The notes beneath the pieces are model-generated. The model was not told the origin of the DNA, searched no databases, and saw only the letters and a program-made list of their open reading frames with translations. Shown one piece after another: positions 19,989 to 29,998 of a stretch of 41,970 nucleotides of DNA. Origin of the DNA: Candidatus Hodarchaeum mangrovi (GTDB lineage: Archaea > Asgardarchaeota > Heimdallarchaeia > Hodarchaeales > Hodarchaeaceae); the NCBI GenBank assembly GCA_016839515.1, contig JAEOUE010000302.1, positions 1 to 41,970 of the forward strand, written 5' to 3'. The stretch's first letter is position 1, and each line of letters begins with the position of its first letter. Made by a program: the position numbers and the translations under genes.

Positions 19989-20190
19989 GAGATCTTTTTT
20001 TGCGGCAATTCAAACCATTGATATAGGAATTTTCAGTATTCCTAGCCAATATGTAACATTTACTTCATCACCTCCACCATAAAGAACTAAATCTTATGAT
20101 TAAATACACCCTCCAACTTTTAGCTCATCTAGTGTTCTTCGATTAATGAATAAATTAGCAAATATTTCTATTTTTGAGCACACTTTTCAT
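19989..20190 (-). pseudogene. Decayed PfkB-family kinase paralogue (N-terminal remnant)
   Basis: 20165-19989 translates IFANLFINRRTLDELKVGGCI*S*DLVLYGGGDEVNVTYWLGILKIPISMV*IAAKKDL, collinear with ISVDIIIHRSNLERLKIGGTIQSDDPIISCGGSAANVAFWMGVLQQNVEFIGVIAK of the adjacent gene; out-of-frame ATG at 20190 with AGGA upstream. Confidence 0.8.
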
Positions 20191-20380
20191 TTTTTTTCCT
20201 ATTTCTCGTTGTTTATACAACACCATGAATTGCTATCAAGATTTGTATCTTTAAAAATCAGAAAATTAGTTCTTCTAAAGAGGCTGTAAATATTTTAGGT
20301 TCTTACTTTTCTTTGAAACAATACCCATATTAATTAACAATTGTAAATTTCTAAATTTGTCTTTTAGTTTTATTCTCCCT

Positions 20381-21343
20381 TTAAATGTTTCTTAAATACG
20401 AGAAATACTCATTAGGTTTATATCTAGCTCCGTAACCTTGACAGATGTAACTTCCCAGAGATACTCCCTTTTGAATAGCTCCTAGCAGATTTTTTTCAGT
20501 GACATAATGAGAGATAAAACCTGCTGTAAAACCGTCTCCTGCACCAGTAGTATCAATTACAGAAACATTAGGAGCTGGAACATGACCACTTTCATTAGCT
20601 GTGAAAAATTTACATCCATGTTCCCCATCCGTGACAAGAAGCAGTTTCATATTTGAAAATTCTCTCAGGAAATCTGAATGAAGAATAGTTTCAATCTCAT
20701 CGTCAATAAGACTTGTTTTTACTAATTCTTGATATTCTGCTAAGTTTCCAATTAGTATATCAATATTCTTTAAAACTTTTGACCCTAAACGTGATGATTG
20801 TCTTTTTACTGTTGTATAGGCAGCTAAATTTAAAATCACTTCAGGTTTTTCCTTTTTTCTGGTTTGTATGAAATCAAGTAAGTCAATTATAGTATTGCAG
20901 ATTGGAGGATTTTCTAATGTATAAGCTGAGGTATAAAATATTTTACTTGATATTATATCATTCAAAGGTAGATCTTCCCATTCTAAATCATTTTGACTTT
21001 TTCCATTGATTATACAGGATCGTTCTCCATTAGATTCTACAATAATTAATATTGATGCTGATGGATACTTTTTAGAATATTTTAAATGAGTCTTTACATT
21101 AACACGCTCTAATTCGGCTTTTAAAAAACGACCAGAGAGATCCTTTGCAATAACTCCTATAAACTCAACATTCTGTTGCAATACTCCCATCCAAAATGCA
21201 ACATTAGCTGCACTTCCTCCACATGAAATTATAGGATCATCGGATTGTATAGTACCTCCTATCTTCAATCTTTCTAAATTAGATCGATGGATAATTATAT
21301 CTACTGAGATATGACCAAGACACATTACTTTAGAATTGTTCAT
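20381..21343 (-). CDS. PfkB/ribokinase-family carbohydrate or nucleoside kinase
   Basis: GGSAANVA, GERS, DTTGAGDGF anion-hole motif. Confidence 0.93.
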   Translation of the reverse strand: MNNSKVMCLGHISVDIIIHRSNLERLKIGGTIQSDDPIISCGGSAANVAFWMGVLQQNVEFIGVIAKDLSGRFLKAELERVNVKTHLKYSKKYPSASILIIVESNGERSCIINGKSQNDLEWEDLPLNDIISSKIFYTSAYTLENPPICNTIIDLLDFIQTRKKEKPEVILNLAAYTTVKRQSSRLGSKVLKNIDILIGNLAEYQELVKTSLIDDEIETILHSDFLREFSNMKLLLVTDGEHGCKFFTANESGHVPAPNVSVIDTTGAGDGFTAGFISHYVTEKNLLGAIQKGVSLGSYICQGYGARYKPNEYFSYLRNI

Positions 21344-21713
21344 CCTTTTTACCTTGCCAATATATTTATTTGAATTAAAGCGTCAATTATAGTTGTCAAG
21401 TGATATTTTTCGTCAGCTTATGCTATCTATTTAAAATAAAGGATTTTTATAAATTAATTTGGAAATTTTGGATGTGAGTAGTAACCATTCCAATTTTATT
21501 GAGGTTGGTTAACTTTATGGATTTCAGCCAATTTATTTCAAATTTAACTCCAAACAATACTTTTTTGCATTAATTAGTTTAATAAGTACCGTTACAAATC
21601 AAATAGAATCTCCTGTAGTTTATAAATCCTCTCTAAGAATAGAATGGATAAATTTCTCTGTTACTTTTTCTTAAAAAAATTTTTAATCCCGAATTTTTCT
21701 TTTAACACGGTTT

Positions 21714-22250
21714 TTGAAAATGGGAAAGATTATTCACGATCCAACAGTTATTTGGTTTCCCTCTCCAGTTATTTTGGTTTCCTGTTCGGATAATAACATT
21801 GACAATATAATAACCATTGCATGGACGGGAGTAATTTGTTCCCGTCCCCCACAAATCTCAATTTCCCTAAGACCTGCAACTTTTAGCTATGGATTAATAT
21901 TAAAATCCCAAGAATTCGTAATCAATATTCCTCAAGAGTCCTTGCTTAATTCAGTTAAAAAATGTGGTTCTATTTCCGGAAAAAACTTTGATAAGTGGAA
22001 AGAATGTCATTTTACAAAGGAAAAGGCACAAAAAGTAAAAGTTCCATTAATAAAGGAATGTCACATAAATTTTGAATGCAAAGTAGTTAAAACATTAGAA
22101 CTAGGTACTCACACAATGTTTATCGGTGAAGTAATTAATATTCATATATCCTCCGAAATTGTAGAAAATTCTTGTATTAAGATCCCAACATTAATTTATT
22201 CTCCTAAAGGAGCTCAATACGGAAGAGTCATAAAATTTAATGAAAAGTAA
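21714..22250 (+). CDS. Flavin reductase-like FMN-binding protein (flavoredoxin family)
   Basis: PSPVILVS, NIITIAW, EFVINIP, CGSISG, P.IKEC, GTHTMFIGEV. Confidence 0.9.
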   Translation: MKMGKIIHDPTVIWFPSPVILVSCSDNNIDNIITIAWTGVICSRPPQISISLRPATFSYGLILKSQEFVINIPQESLLNSVKKCGSISGKNFDKWKECHFTKEKAQKVKVPLIKECHINFECKVVKTLELGTHTMFIGEVINIHISSEIVENSCIKIPTLIYSPKGAQYGRVIKFNEK

Positions 22251-22279
22251 ACGGAAAACATAAAAAGATAAGAAAATGG

Positions 22280-23764
22280 TTGAATATTATGGATGTTGCC
22301 TATATTTTTAATTTATACTGCAGGAAATTTGGGATTTGGTTTTTAAGTTTAATTCCTATTTTCCTCGCTTTTAGTTTGATTTATTTATCTTTTTTCCCTC
22401 TTATCCCCGAGTCTCTAAATGAAGAAAGTATTAAATTATTCATTGTATTATTGTACTTTATTTTGATAATTACAGCAATTCCATTTTCTTTAAATGGATT
22501 TTTCATGGAGAAAGCTTTTAATTCTGAAATAAGACGAATATCTTCATCAGGATTACTTATACAGGGAGTAGAGGGTTTTAACGAAGTAGAGGGAAAAATT
22601 AAGTTATTATATCGTGGTTCCTACTCTGTTATTGTAACTGTGGTTATTAGTTTTTTTGTTTTCGTCTCTGGAGTTAATTTAACTGACCTTGGCGACTTTG
22701 CCCGAATTTTTATCTTCATAGCGAGCATTGGATTATTAGCAATTTCAAGCGGGGCTTCAATACTCTTAAAATTACCTGATAAGTCAGCCCTTCAACCAGG
22801 TGGATTGATGAAGTTTTATTCACCCTCAAGTCTTCCTTTACGGCTTGACAATATTTTAACTGATTCCATTTTTACACAATTAGATCCAATAACACGAATT
22901 AGAATGGATGAATGGTCAAAATCGATTTTAGACAATATGAATCCATCTTATGGACCAAATCTTAATACCCTTACACGATTAGAACAAGCTAAAGAAAAAA
23001 TATTCCTCTTAACTTATCTTAAGGAATTTAGTCCCGATCTTCTGACAGAACAAATTTTTTTGGATGAATTAAAAGAGATCATAAACAAATCATATTTAAA
23101 TGATTTTTTGGAAGGAAAAGAAACTGGTATATCATTAAAAACTTTACAAATTATTTTACGTGATGTAAAGAATGAAATTCCTCATATATTTACCCTTGTA
23201 CAAAGAATTTTTGTTTTAGTAAATGATAATATTCAATATTTACAATCACTCAATGAATTTATTACAATATCACATCCCACAGTTCATATTGGAAATATTG
23301 ACCCTTTCCGCGTTTTAGTTTTTATTTTAAATCTTCAGAAGAGTCAACGCAAAGTAGATATTCGTACTCAAACTTCTCAAACATCTTTAGACCCAGATGA
23401 TGCTTCTCAAGGTCTACTTCTAGACTCTAGTTCATTAAATCTCCCTAATGTTGAATTAAAATTAAAACTTTCTTCATCGACTGAACCAATAGATGTATTG
23501 CGTTTAGTAAGTGAGATTCTTCAAGTTGGTGATGCACTAAATTTACAATTTAGACCAAATAGATTTGGTACTCATGTATTAAATTTGTCCATTGAGGATC
23601 CTCAAGAAGGAATACTAGCAGGTAGGTCAATTGTGATAAATGTTTACCGAGATTTAAACTATTATGTGAAATCAATAGGAGCTAAAGCTCTTGGGTACGC
23701 TGGTGCAGCACTATCATTTGTAGGAATTGGATTAGGATCTTTAGCTGGTTTATTAAACTTTTGA
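22280..23764 (+). CDS. Hypothetical membrane protein (4 TM, helical domain, probable Ig-like beta-sandwich, C-terminal TM)
   Basis: Hydropathy pattern; beta-strand pattern PFRVLVFILN...VDIRTQ...LQFRPNRFGTHVLNLSI...SIVINV. Confidence 0.72.
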   Translation: MNIMDVAYIFNLYCRKFGIWFLSLIPIFLAFSLIYLSFFPLIPESLNEESIKLFIVLLYFILIITAIPFSLNGFFMEKAFNSEIRRISSSGLLIQGVEGFNEVEGKIKLLYRGSYSVIVTVVISFFVFVSGVNLTDLGDFARIFIFIASIGLLAISSGASILLKLPDKSALQPGGLMKFYSPSSLPLRLDNILTDSIFTQLDPITRIRMDEWSKSILDNMNPSYGPNLNTLTRLEQAKEKIFLLTYLKEFSPDLLTEQIFLDELKEIINKSYLNDFLEGKETGISLKTLQIILRDVKNEIPHIFTLVQRIFVLVNDNIQYLQSLNEFITISHPTVHIGNIDPFRVLVFILNLQKSQRKVDIRTQTSQTSLDPDDASQGLLLDSSSLNLPNVELKLKLSSSTEPIDVLRLVSEILQVGDALNLQFRPNRFGTHVLNLSIEDPQEGILAGRSIVINVYRDLNYYVKSIGAKALGYAGAALSFVGIGLGSLAGLLNF

Positions 23765-23791
23765 ATTTTTTTTTAAGGATTAGAAAATCAT

Positions 23792-25111
23792 ATGCTTCAA
23801 AGAATCCGTAATCACTATTTCTTTCCTCTTTTTTTATTGTTTAGTCTTGTATTACTAAGTGGAATTGGTGTAACCTTACCTATCCCCAATATCGTTAATA
23901 TTTCAACCTCGATTAACTTTAGATATCTAGGATTTATTGAAGCTGCTTTTGTCCTTATATCTATTCTATTCATTATTATTTGGGGGTATTTAGTTGATAA
24001 ATTCGATCGTAAAACACTTTTATTCTTTAGCATTATAATATGGGTGTTTCCATCCATACTAATTGCTTCTTTTCCTTTTTCTTTGCAAATATACTTCATT
24101 GGAAGAATATTCATGGCCATAGGATTATCTGCACTTTCCCCTCTTTCATATTCTATGCTTGGTGATTATGCGGTATATCAAGAGCGTGGATTTATATCAT
24201 CAGGGTTAAATCTTGCTTGGGTTGGTTCGAGTGCTACTGGAATTCTTATTGGTGCGTTGTTTTCCTTTTCTTGGAATCTATCATTTGCTTTTATTGCTGT
24301 TTTGGGTATTATTCTAATGATTTGTCAGTTTTTTCTTATAATCCCAGAACGGGGTCGACAAGAACCATTTTTCGTTAAAATTGAAAATTATCATTATCCA
24401 TTTAGAATAACAATAAGTGGAATAATAAGAACATTACATTCACGAACAATACTTGGACTTCTAGTTCAGGGATTCTTTGCCTTAATTCCTGGAACTATTT
24501 TTACGTACTCTTTAATTTCCTTTTTCAGTTCAGGAGAAGGATTAATGCTTAATATTGGTCAGGCAAGTATATTTGCATTGGTTATAGCAAGTGGAAGAGC
24601 TTTAGGTTATCCAATCTTTGGGAAGATTGGGGATTATTTTACCTTAAAATATAGAGAACCTAAAGTTCGAGCCATAATAGCTGCTATATGTATGGCAGGC
24701 CAAGCTATATTCTTTTTTATAGCTTTTATTACGCTTAATAATAATTTTTTAAATGTTATTATGTTTGCAGGATTTTTTTGGATTGGAAGTTTTATTGGAG
24801 CTGCATCAGGGCCAAATCGAACCTCATTGATGTTTGAAGTGTCATTTCCTGAGCATCGTGGCAGTTTAGGATCATTATTTTCGTTAACTGATCAATTAGG
24901 AGAAGTTTTTGGATTAGTTTTCTCAACCTACGTTCTAAATCTTTATTCTTACATTGAAGTGTTCATTTTCAGTTTAGTTTTCTATTTGATAGCTGCTTTT
25001 ATCTGGTCCTTGACTATTAGCAAAATTGATGTCGATAGATCACAAATAAAGATTGGAATGGAATCTCGAAAATCAATTATCCAAACCTCTGATATTAATT
25101 CTGCTAGCTAA
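23792..25111 (+). CDS. MFS transporter
   Basis: 12 TM pattern, WGYLVDKFDRK motif A, second-half FGKIGD, PEHRG. Confidence 0.9.
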   Translation: MLQRIRNHYFFPLFLLFSLVLLSGIGVTLPIPNIVNISTSINFRYLGFIEAAFVLISILFIIIWGYLVDKFDRKTLLFFSIIIWVFPSILIASFPFSLQIYFIGRIFMAIGLSALSPLSYSMLGDYAVYQERGFISSGLNLAWVGSSATGILIGALFSFSWNLSFAFIAVLGIILMICQFFLIIPERGRQEPFFVKIENYHYPFRITISGIIRTLHSRTILGLLVQGFFALIPGTIFTYSLISFFSSGEGLMLNIGQASIFALVIASGRALGYPIFGKIGDYFTLKYREPKVRAIIAAICMAGQAIFFFIAFITLNNNFLNVIMFAGFFWIGSFIGAASGPNRTSLMFEVSFPEHRGSLGSLFSLTDQLGEVFGLVFSTYVLNLYSYIEVFIFSLVFYLIAAFIWSLTISKIDVDRSQIKIGMESRKSIIQTSDINSAS

Positions 25112-25186
25112 AAGCTTTTTAAAAAGACTAACTCCTTGGATTTTAGGTAAAATAAAATTTTTTCCTCCAATAAATAAATTTAGAAA

Positions 25187-26959
25187 GTGATTTATATGCC
25201 AAGAAACTTATATTTAAGATCGGTTGCAGTCATGACATTTCTTTGGGGAATTGTTTTTGTCCTAGGAATGGTTTTGATCGCAGTCATTTCTCTAACAGGT
25301 GTTATTCCTCCCGGTTCTGAATTTTTGGTATTTCTTCTGCCAATAATATTTGCTTTTTTCTTTGTAGGGTTACAATATCTAATATCCCCTTGGATAATGG
25401 ATATTACAATTTCTTGGGTTTATGACGCTACAAAATATAAAGTAGAAGAGTTACCAGGTCACATAAGGCAGTTTTTATATGAACAAATGGAACTCCATAA
25501 TTTTTCTTTGAAATGGGTAGCTATAATCCATGATAATAACCCCAATGCTTTTACATATGGGCATACTAAGAAACGTGCGCGTTTAGTTATCACTGAAGGG
25601 ATTATTAATTATCTGACAGAAGAAGAGCAGATAGCGGTTGTAGCTCATGAATGTGGGCATATCCGGAACAGAGATTTCATTTGGATGACCGTCGCTGCTG
25701 CAATTCCTCTAATTTGCTATTCTTTTTACCAAGGATTATGGACTTTTGCCCGTGTTTCAACTCGAACTTCTCGTGACGATGATGCTGCAAAAGTCGGAGC
25801 TATTGCCATGGCTGCAGCAGTAGGTGCTTATATTGCTTATTTTATTTCTCATTATGTTGTTCTACTCTTATCTCGTGTACGTGAGTATTATGCAGATTCC
25901 TTCAGTGCAGAAGCTACAGGGCAACCAGGCGCCTTATCTAGAGCATTAGTTAAAATTGCTTATGGAATGGTGAAATTCGATGCTGAAACAGACCAACGAA
26001 TGAGAGATGAGAAACTTACTCCCGCAGTTCGAAGACAAGCTGCAAAACAAAAGGGTTTCATGACAGGGATGCGGTCGTTAGGCATTTTTGATGTTTCAGG
26101 AGCTAAACAACTTGCTATGGCTACTTATGGTCGTGGAATGGAGTTAAATGAAGAAACAGTTGCTCAAGCAGCTCAATGGGATCTTTCTAATCCATGGGGA
26201 CGATTTCTTGAACTTTCATCTACTCATCCACTTCCCGCGAAACGAATTTTAGCACTCAATCGGATGCAAGAAGACCGAGGTATGAAACCTGATTTTCCTG
26301 GTGTTGGAAAAGTAAAACTACCTGAAAGTTTATGGGATGAATTTTTAGCTGACCTATTCCTCTATTATATAGCTCCAATATTCTTCATTATTCTACCTAT
26401 TTTAGGAGCTATAGCTGCAGATTTGATGGGATATCCACTTGAAATAGGTACAGGGATTGGCTTCTTATTATTTGCTCTGATTTGGAAATTACGAAGAAAC
26501 GCTAAATATCCTAAAATCCGTGATTCAGACGATACAGTCACAGTAGTTCATTGTTTAACAGACCAGACAAAGGATGGGTATTATGAAGCATCTCCACTAC
26601 GGGGTAAAAAAGCTGTTTTTGAGGGAAGAGTTGTAGGTCGAGGAGTACCTGGATTCTTCCTTTCTGAAGATCTAGTTATCCAAGATAATACTGGTATAAT
26701 TACTTTGGATTATAGTCCAATTCTAGGTTTTATGTCATGGATCTTCGCTTTATTCCGAGTACCAAAGCTGCAAGGACAGATAGTCAAGGCTTATGGTTGG
26801 TATCACCGTGGACCTGGTCCTATACTACAGGTATGGAAAATCATTACACAAGATGGTAAGACATTCCAGAATCGCTGGTCTGGAGCGAATTGGGTGTTTA
26901 TGTGGATTGTAGTTATCATTGGACTATTACTAATTGCAGCTGGATTGATTGCAATATAA
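25187..26959 (+). CDS. htpX: Long-form HtpX / M48 zinc metalloprotease with C-terminal TM and OB-fold-like extension
   Basis: PNAFTYG, AHECGH (HExxH), LSRVREYYAD, STHP; tail GRVVGRG...DLVIQDNTG...GWYHRGPGP. Confidence 0.88.
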   Translation: MIYMPRNLYLRSVAVMTFLWGIVFVLGMVLIAVISLTGVIPPGSEFLVFLLPIIFAFFFVGLQYLISPWIMDITISWVYDATKYKVEELPGHIRQFLYEQMELHNFSLKWVAIIHDNNPNAFTYGHTKKRARLVITEGIINYLTEEEQIAVVAHECGHIRNRDFIWMTVAAAIPLICYSFYQGLWTFARVSTRTSRDDDAAKVGAIAMAAAVGAYIAYFISHYVVLLLSRVREYYADSFSAEATGQPGALSRALVKIAYGMVKFDAETDQRMRDEKLTPAVRRQAAKQKGFMTGMRSLGIFDVSGAKQLAMATYGRGMELNEETVAQAAQWDLSNPWGRFLELSSTHPLPAKRILALNRMQEDRGMKPDFPGVGKVKLPESLWDEFLADLFLYYIAPIFFIILPILGAIAADLMGYPLEIGTGIGFLLFALIWKLRRNAKYPKIRDSDDTVTVVHCLTDQTKDGYYEASPLRGKKAVFEGRVVGRGVPGFFLSEDLVIQDNTGIITLDYSPILGFMSWIFALFRVPKLQGQIVKAYGWYHRGPGPILQVWKIITQDGKTFQNRWSGANWVFMWIVVIIGLLLIAAGLIAI

Positions 26960-26971
26960 TATGCCAAAAAA

Positions 26972-26992
26972 CCCCCCTCCTTTCTTTTTTTT
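26972..26992 (+). terminator. C-run plus oligo-T terminator after htpX
   Basis: CCCCCCTCCTTTCTTTTTTTT between convergent genes. Confidence 0.55.
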
Positions 26993-27824
26993 ACTCTAGC
27001 ATTAAACCCATAGATTTCCGATACTTTTTTTGTGATTGAATTTCATCATAGGATATAGAACTTGTTATAATCCCAGATTCTCCAGAGGGAATTTTCTTAA
27101 GAATATTAAAGCCAACTTCTTCATTATTAGAGAATTTTTTAGACGGATCAACTATACAAGATGCTCCAGCACTCCAAAAAGGGTCACTAATTACTTGAGT
27201 AGCCCTATCACTAACTATTACACCTACTGCTGCTTCTTTTGCTCTTACAAGACTTAAATTATACCACATAAACCTTCCGTATGTTGTAAATTCTTTTTTT
27301 GGTAAAGTTGTAAGACTAGGACAAAAAAGAAGGTCAATATTTTTCTGAATCAACTCATCATGAATACTTGGGATCCAGAGATCACTACAAATACGAATAC
27401 TTATTTTCCATCTTCCTATTTTACCTAAAAAATTCTTAGTTCCTTTAGATAATCCTCTTTTTCTTTCAAAACCAAATGGATTTTGTTTATCATATTGGCC
27501 AATGATTTCTCCCGAAGGATTAAATAAATGGCATCTATTATAATATAGGTTGTTTTCTTTAGTAAGTTGGCTTCCCCCTATTAACCAAACAGAATATTCA
27601 TGTGCTAAGGATTCCAAAAAATTTAAAGATTTTTCAGTCGTTTCTGAGGATAATGTTTCAGTTCTAATTCCATTCCAATATTCAGGAAGACAAATGACCT
27701 GTGTTGTTTGAATTTCTTTATAATTCTTAAAAAGAGTTGAATAGGAATCAAATGTATTTTGTAACTGGTTATAATAAATTTTAGGTTGCAAAGAGCTTAT
27801 TTCTAGACAATCATCATGGATCAC
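26991..27824 (-). CDS. Carbon-nitrogen hydrolase (nitrilase superfamily)
   Basis: Catalytic triad contexts LPEYW, YDK, ICSDLW; GTGA overlap with the upstream gene stop. Confidence 0.88.
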   Translation of the reverse strand: MIHDDCLEISSLQPKIYYNQLQNTFDSYSTLFKNYKEIQTTQVICLPEYWNGIRTETLSSETTEKSLNFLESLAHEYSVWLIGGSQLTKENNLYYNRCHLFNPSGEIIGQYDKQNPFGFERKRGLSKGTKNFLGKIGRWKISIRICSDLWIPSIHDELIQKNIDLLFCPSLTTLPKKEFTTYGRFMWYNLSLVRAKEAAVGVIVSDRATQVISDPFWSAGASCIVDPSKKFSNNEEVGFNILKKIPSGESGIITSSISYDEIQSQKKYRKSMGLMLE

Positions 27825-29026
27825 CTTTCAATCATCCTATCTCTCACCAAATCAGTAATATCTATTGATTTAATCGGTGATTTCATTTTTCTGAGCGTAT
27901 TATCGATGTTTATTTGACAAGAAGGACATGCATTAAGACATAAACTTATATTTATGTCTTCCATTTGTTTGATTAAGCGTTTTGCGATATCTTCTGCCAT
28001 TTTGGGGTAATTTGCTAGTAATAATCCCCCTGCGCCACAACATAAAGCTCTACTTCTGTTATTTTCCATTTCTTGGTACTCTACACCAGGAAGGAGAGCA
28101 ATTAGTTCTCTGGCAATTTCATAAACTCCGCAATGACGTCCGAGCTCACAAGGATCTTTGAAGGTTACTTTTATTGGTTTATTATTTCTTGGATTCAATT
28201 TTTTTGTTCTTATCAGATTTGTAATATATTCCATATGAGTAATTACTTTAAATGGCAAGTTATGGTTCAATAATTTAGGATATTCTTTGGTAAAAACTCG
28301 ATAACATCCTGCGCATGATACCATTAGTGTTTGAATACCTAATTGGCTTATTTGAAAAATATTATGTCTGGCGATGTGTCTAGCTTCTTTAGGATTTCCA
28401 CCTAATAGGAAGGGGTTTCCACAACAATATTCTTCTGGTGAAAATATACTTATTGGATTTGATGCAATTTGTGAAAGTTTTAAAATCGAAACAGGGGCAC
28501 TTGCTGCTCTGCTTGAATATGATGCAACACATCCAATAAAATATCCAATTTCTGCTCTTTTATTTACCCATTTTTCATAAATTTCCTCGACATCAACACT
28601 CCAAAAGTTACGGTCTTCTTGATCTAGATTATAGATATTATTGGATCTTATTAAATGTTCAAAAGATCTTTTTGTACCTTCCGGAAGATACTTCTGAACT
28701 AGTTCTTTCAATTCAGAATAGACATCAGTTAATGGAATATCTACTAGACAAACTTCAGAGCATGCTCCACAAAATGTACATTGAAATAAACCTTCACTTA
28801 ATGCTGCTAGCCCCTGTGATTCAGATAGTAATCCTTTAGAAAGATATCTGGCGGTAAGCATCTTCCCTCTACCTGTTGCTATTTCATGCTTTATAGAACG
28901 AAAAGTCGGACATGCAGCTTCATTATCAATGCAATAAGCGCAGTAGGCACATATGAAAAATTCATCATAAAGTGATAAAGCCTTTAAATTCACTGCAAAT
29001 AACTCCGACTTAAATATTATTCTCAT
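27821..29026 (-). CDS. Fe-S oxidoreductase, HdrD/GlcF-like (ferredoxin + two CCG domains) (probable start GTG 28993)
   Basis: CAYCAYC...CP, CTFCGACSEVC, YCCG, CAGC, DPCELGR, CCGAGG, ACPSC. Confidence 0.92.
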   Translation of the reverse strand: MRIIFKSELFAVNLKALSLYDEFFICAYCAYCIDNEAACPTFRSIKHEIATGRGKMLTARYLSKGLLSESQGLAALSEGLFQCTFCGACSEVCLVDIPLTDVYSELKELVQKYLPEGTKRSFEHLIRSNNIYNLDQEDRNFWSVDVEEIYEKWVNKRAEIGYFIGCVASYSSRAASAPVSILKLSQIASNPISIFSPEEYCCGNPFLLGGNPKEARHIARHNIFQISQLGIQTLMVSCAGCYRVFTKEYPKLLNHNLPFKVITHMEYITNLIRTKKLNPRNNKPIKVTFKDPCELGRHCGVYEIARELIALLPGVEYQEMENNRSRALCCGAGGLLLANYPKMAEDIAKRLIKQMEDINISLCLNACPSCQINIDNTLRKMKSPIKSIDITDLVRDRMIER

Positions 29027-29095
29027 TATTGATTAATTATTTTTTTAATTATTCGGAATGAGCTTTTATAAAAAATTGAAAAATCAAAAAATTTT

Positions 29096-29998
29096 TTAAA
29101 AAGGAACATAACCATATCCCATTAAAAATTCTTGTTCTTCAGGTGTCAAAGAGTCTCCTGCATCCCTTTTTTTAATCAAATTTTGTATTTTTTCTTCAAT
29201 CTTTCCATATGTTTGCTTGTATTCTGTTTCTGCAAGCATTTTCTTTAATTGACCGATTTTTCCTTTTAGTGCTTCCACTTCTTCTTGTTTTGATTCTATT
29301 TCAATTTTCAAGTCTTCAACACGTTGAAGATGTTTGACAAAATCTTGGTGAGCTTCGTCCTCTGATTCTTTTAGAGGTTTTATCCGTACATAAAGATTCT
29401 GAATTCGTTCTGAAGCCTCCCTTTTTTCTGATTCCTCTTTTGATATCTGTTTTTCGAGGTCTTGAATTTCATGTTCTAATTTTTCCTTAGTTTCTGGGAT
29501 ATTACCTAAATAATCGGCAACTATTGCTTCATTTTGTTTTTCTAAAAGGGTTATTCTTTCTTCTACTTTTTGTATTTCTTCTATTAAAATATCTTCATCT
29601 TCCTTTGAAAGAGAAGTAGTTTGTTGTTTAAATTCAAGTTCATAAAGATGATATCTTAATTCCATCAATGACAATTGGCTCAATTGCTCGCTAGTTAAAA
29701 TTTTGAACAATGGACCTTCTTGATTTTTCGCTTGTCGTTTCAAAAAATCTCTTCGTTTTTTCAATCCATCCAGAGTATTCTTCTGTGAATCACGTATTTC
29801 AACATCAGGAGAAACCTTTTCAAATAAAGACTGCCTCTCATTTTTGTATCGATCTCTTAGTTTACGAAATCGTGTTGTGAGTTTTTGTTCCTTCCGTAGT
29901 TCTTCTCTCATTGCTTTGATTTGGGTGATTAGTGCATTTTGCTGCTCATAATGGAGCTGTAATTGATCCTTTAAACGTTTTTCATTAGAAGATGAAAT
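29096..29998 (-). CDS. Archaeal coiled-coil protein (COG1340-like); first ATG at 29911, proposed ATT start at 29998
   Basis: LEFKQQTTSLS.EDE..LIEEI, ESEDEAHQDFV, and terminal KRDAGDSLTPEE match the family pattern; the frame is open upstream of the ATG. Confidence 0.78.
   Translation of the reverse strand: MSSSNEKRLKDQLQLHYEQQNALITQIKAMREELRKEQKLTTRFRKLRDRYKNERQSLFEKVSPDVEIRDSQKNTLDGLKKRRDFLKRQAKNQEGPLFKILTSEQLSQLSLMELRYHLYELEFKQQTTSLSKEDEDILIEEIQKVEERITLLEKQNEAIVADYLGNIPETKEKLEHEIQDLEKQISKEESEKREASERIQNLYVRIKPLKESEDEAHQDFVKHLQRVEDLKIEIESKQEEVEALKGKIGQLKKMLAETEYKQTYGKIEEKIQNLIKKRDAGDSLTPEEQEFLMGYGYVPF

Noticed and set aside
19989-20165. In-frame stops as recoding (selenocysteine/pyrrolysine or alternative code)
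   Set aside because: The stops are mixed TAA and TGA at Gln, acidic and Gly positions, with a frameshift; all three stop codons terminate normal genes in this window.
21581-21619. Minus-strand TTGDSI*FVTVLI resembling the PfkB DTTGAGDGFxAGFI motif (third kinase remnant?)
   Set aside because: Only 13 codons with the key GD lost; chance similarity cannot be excluded without a translated search.
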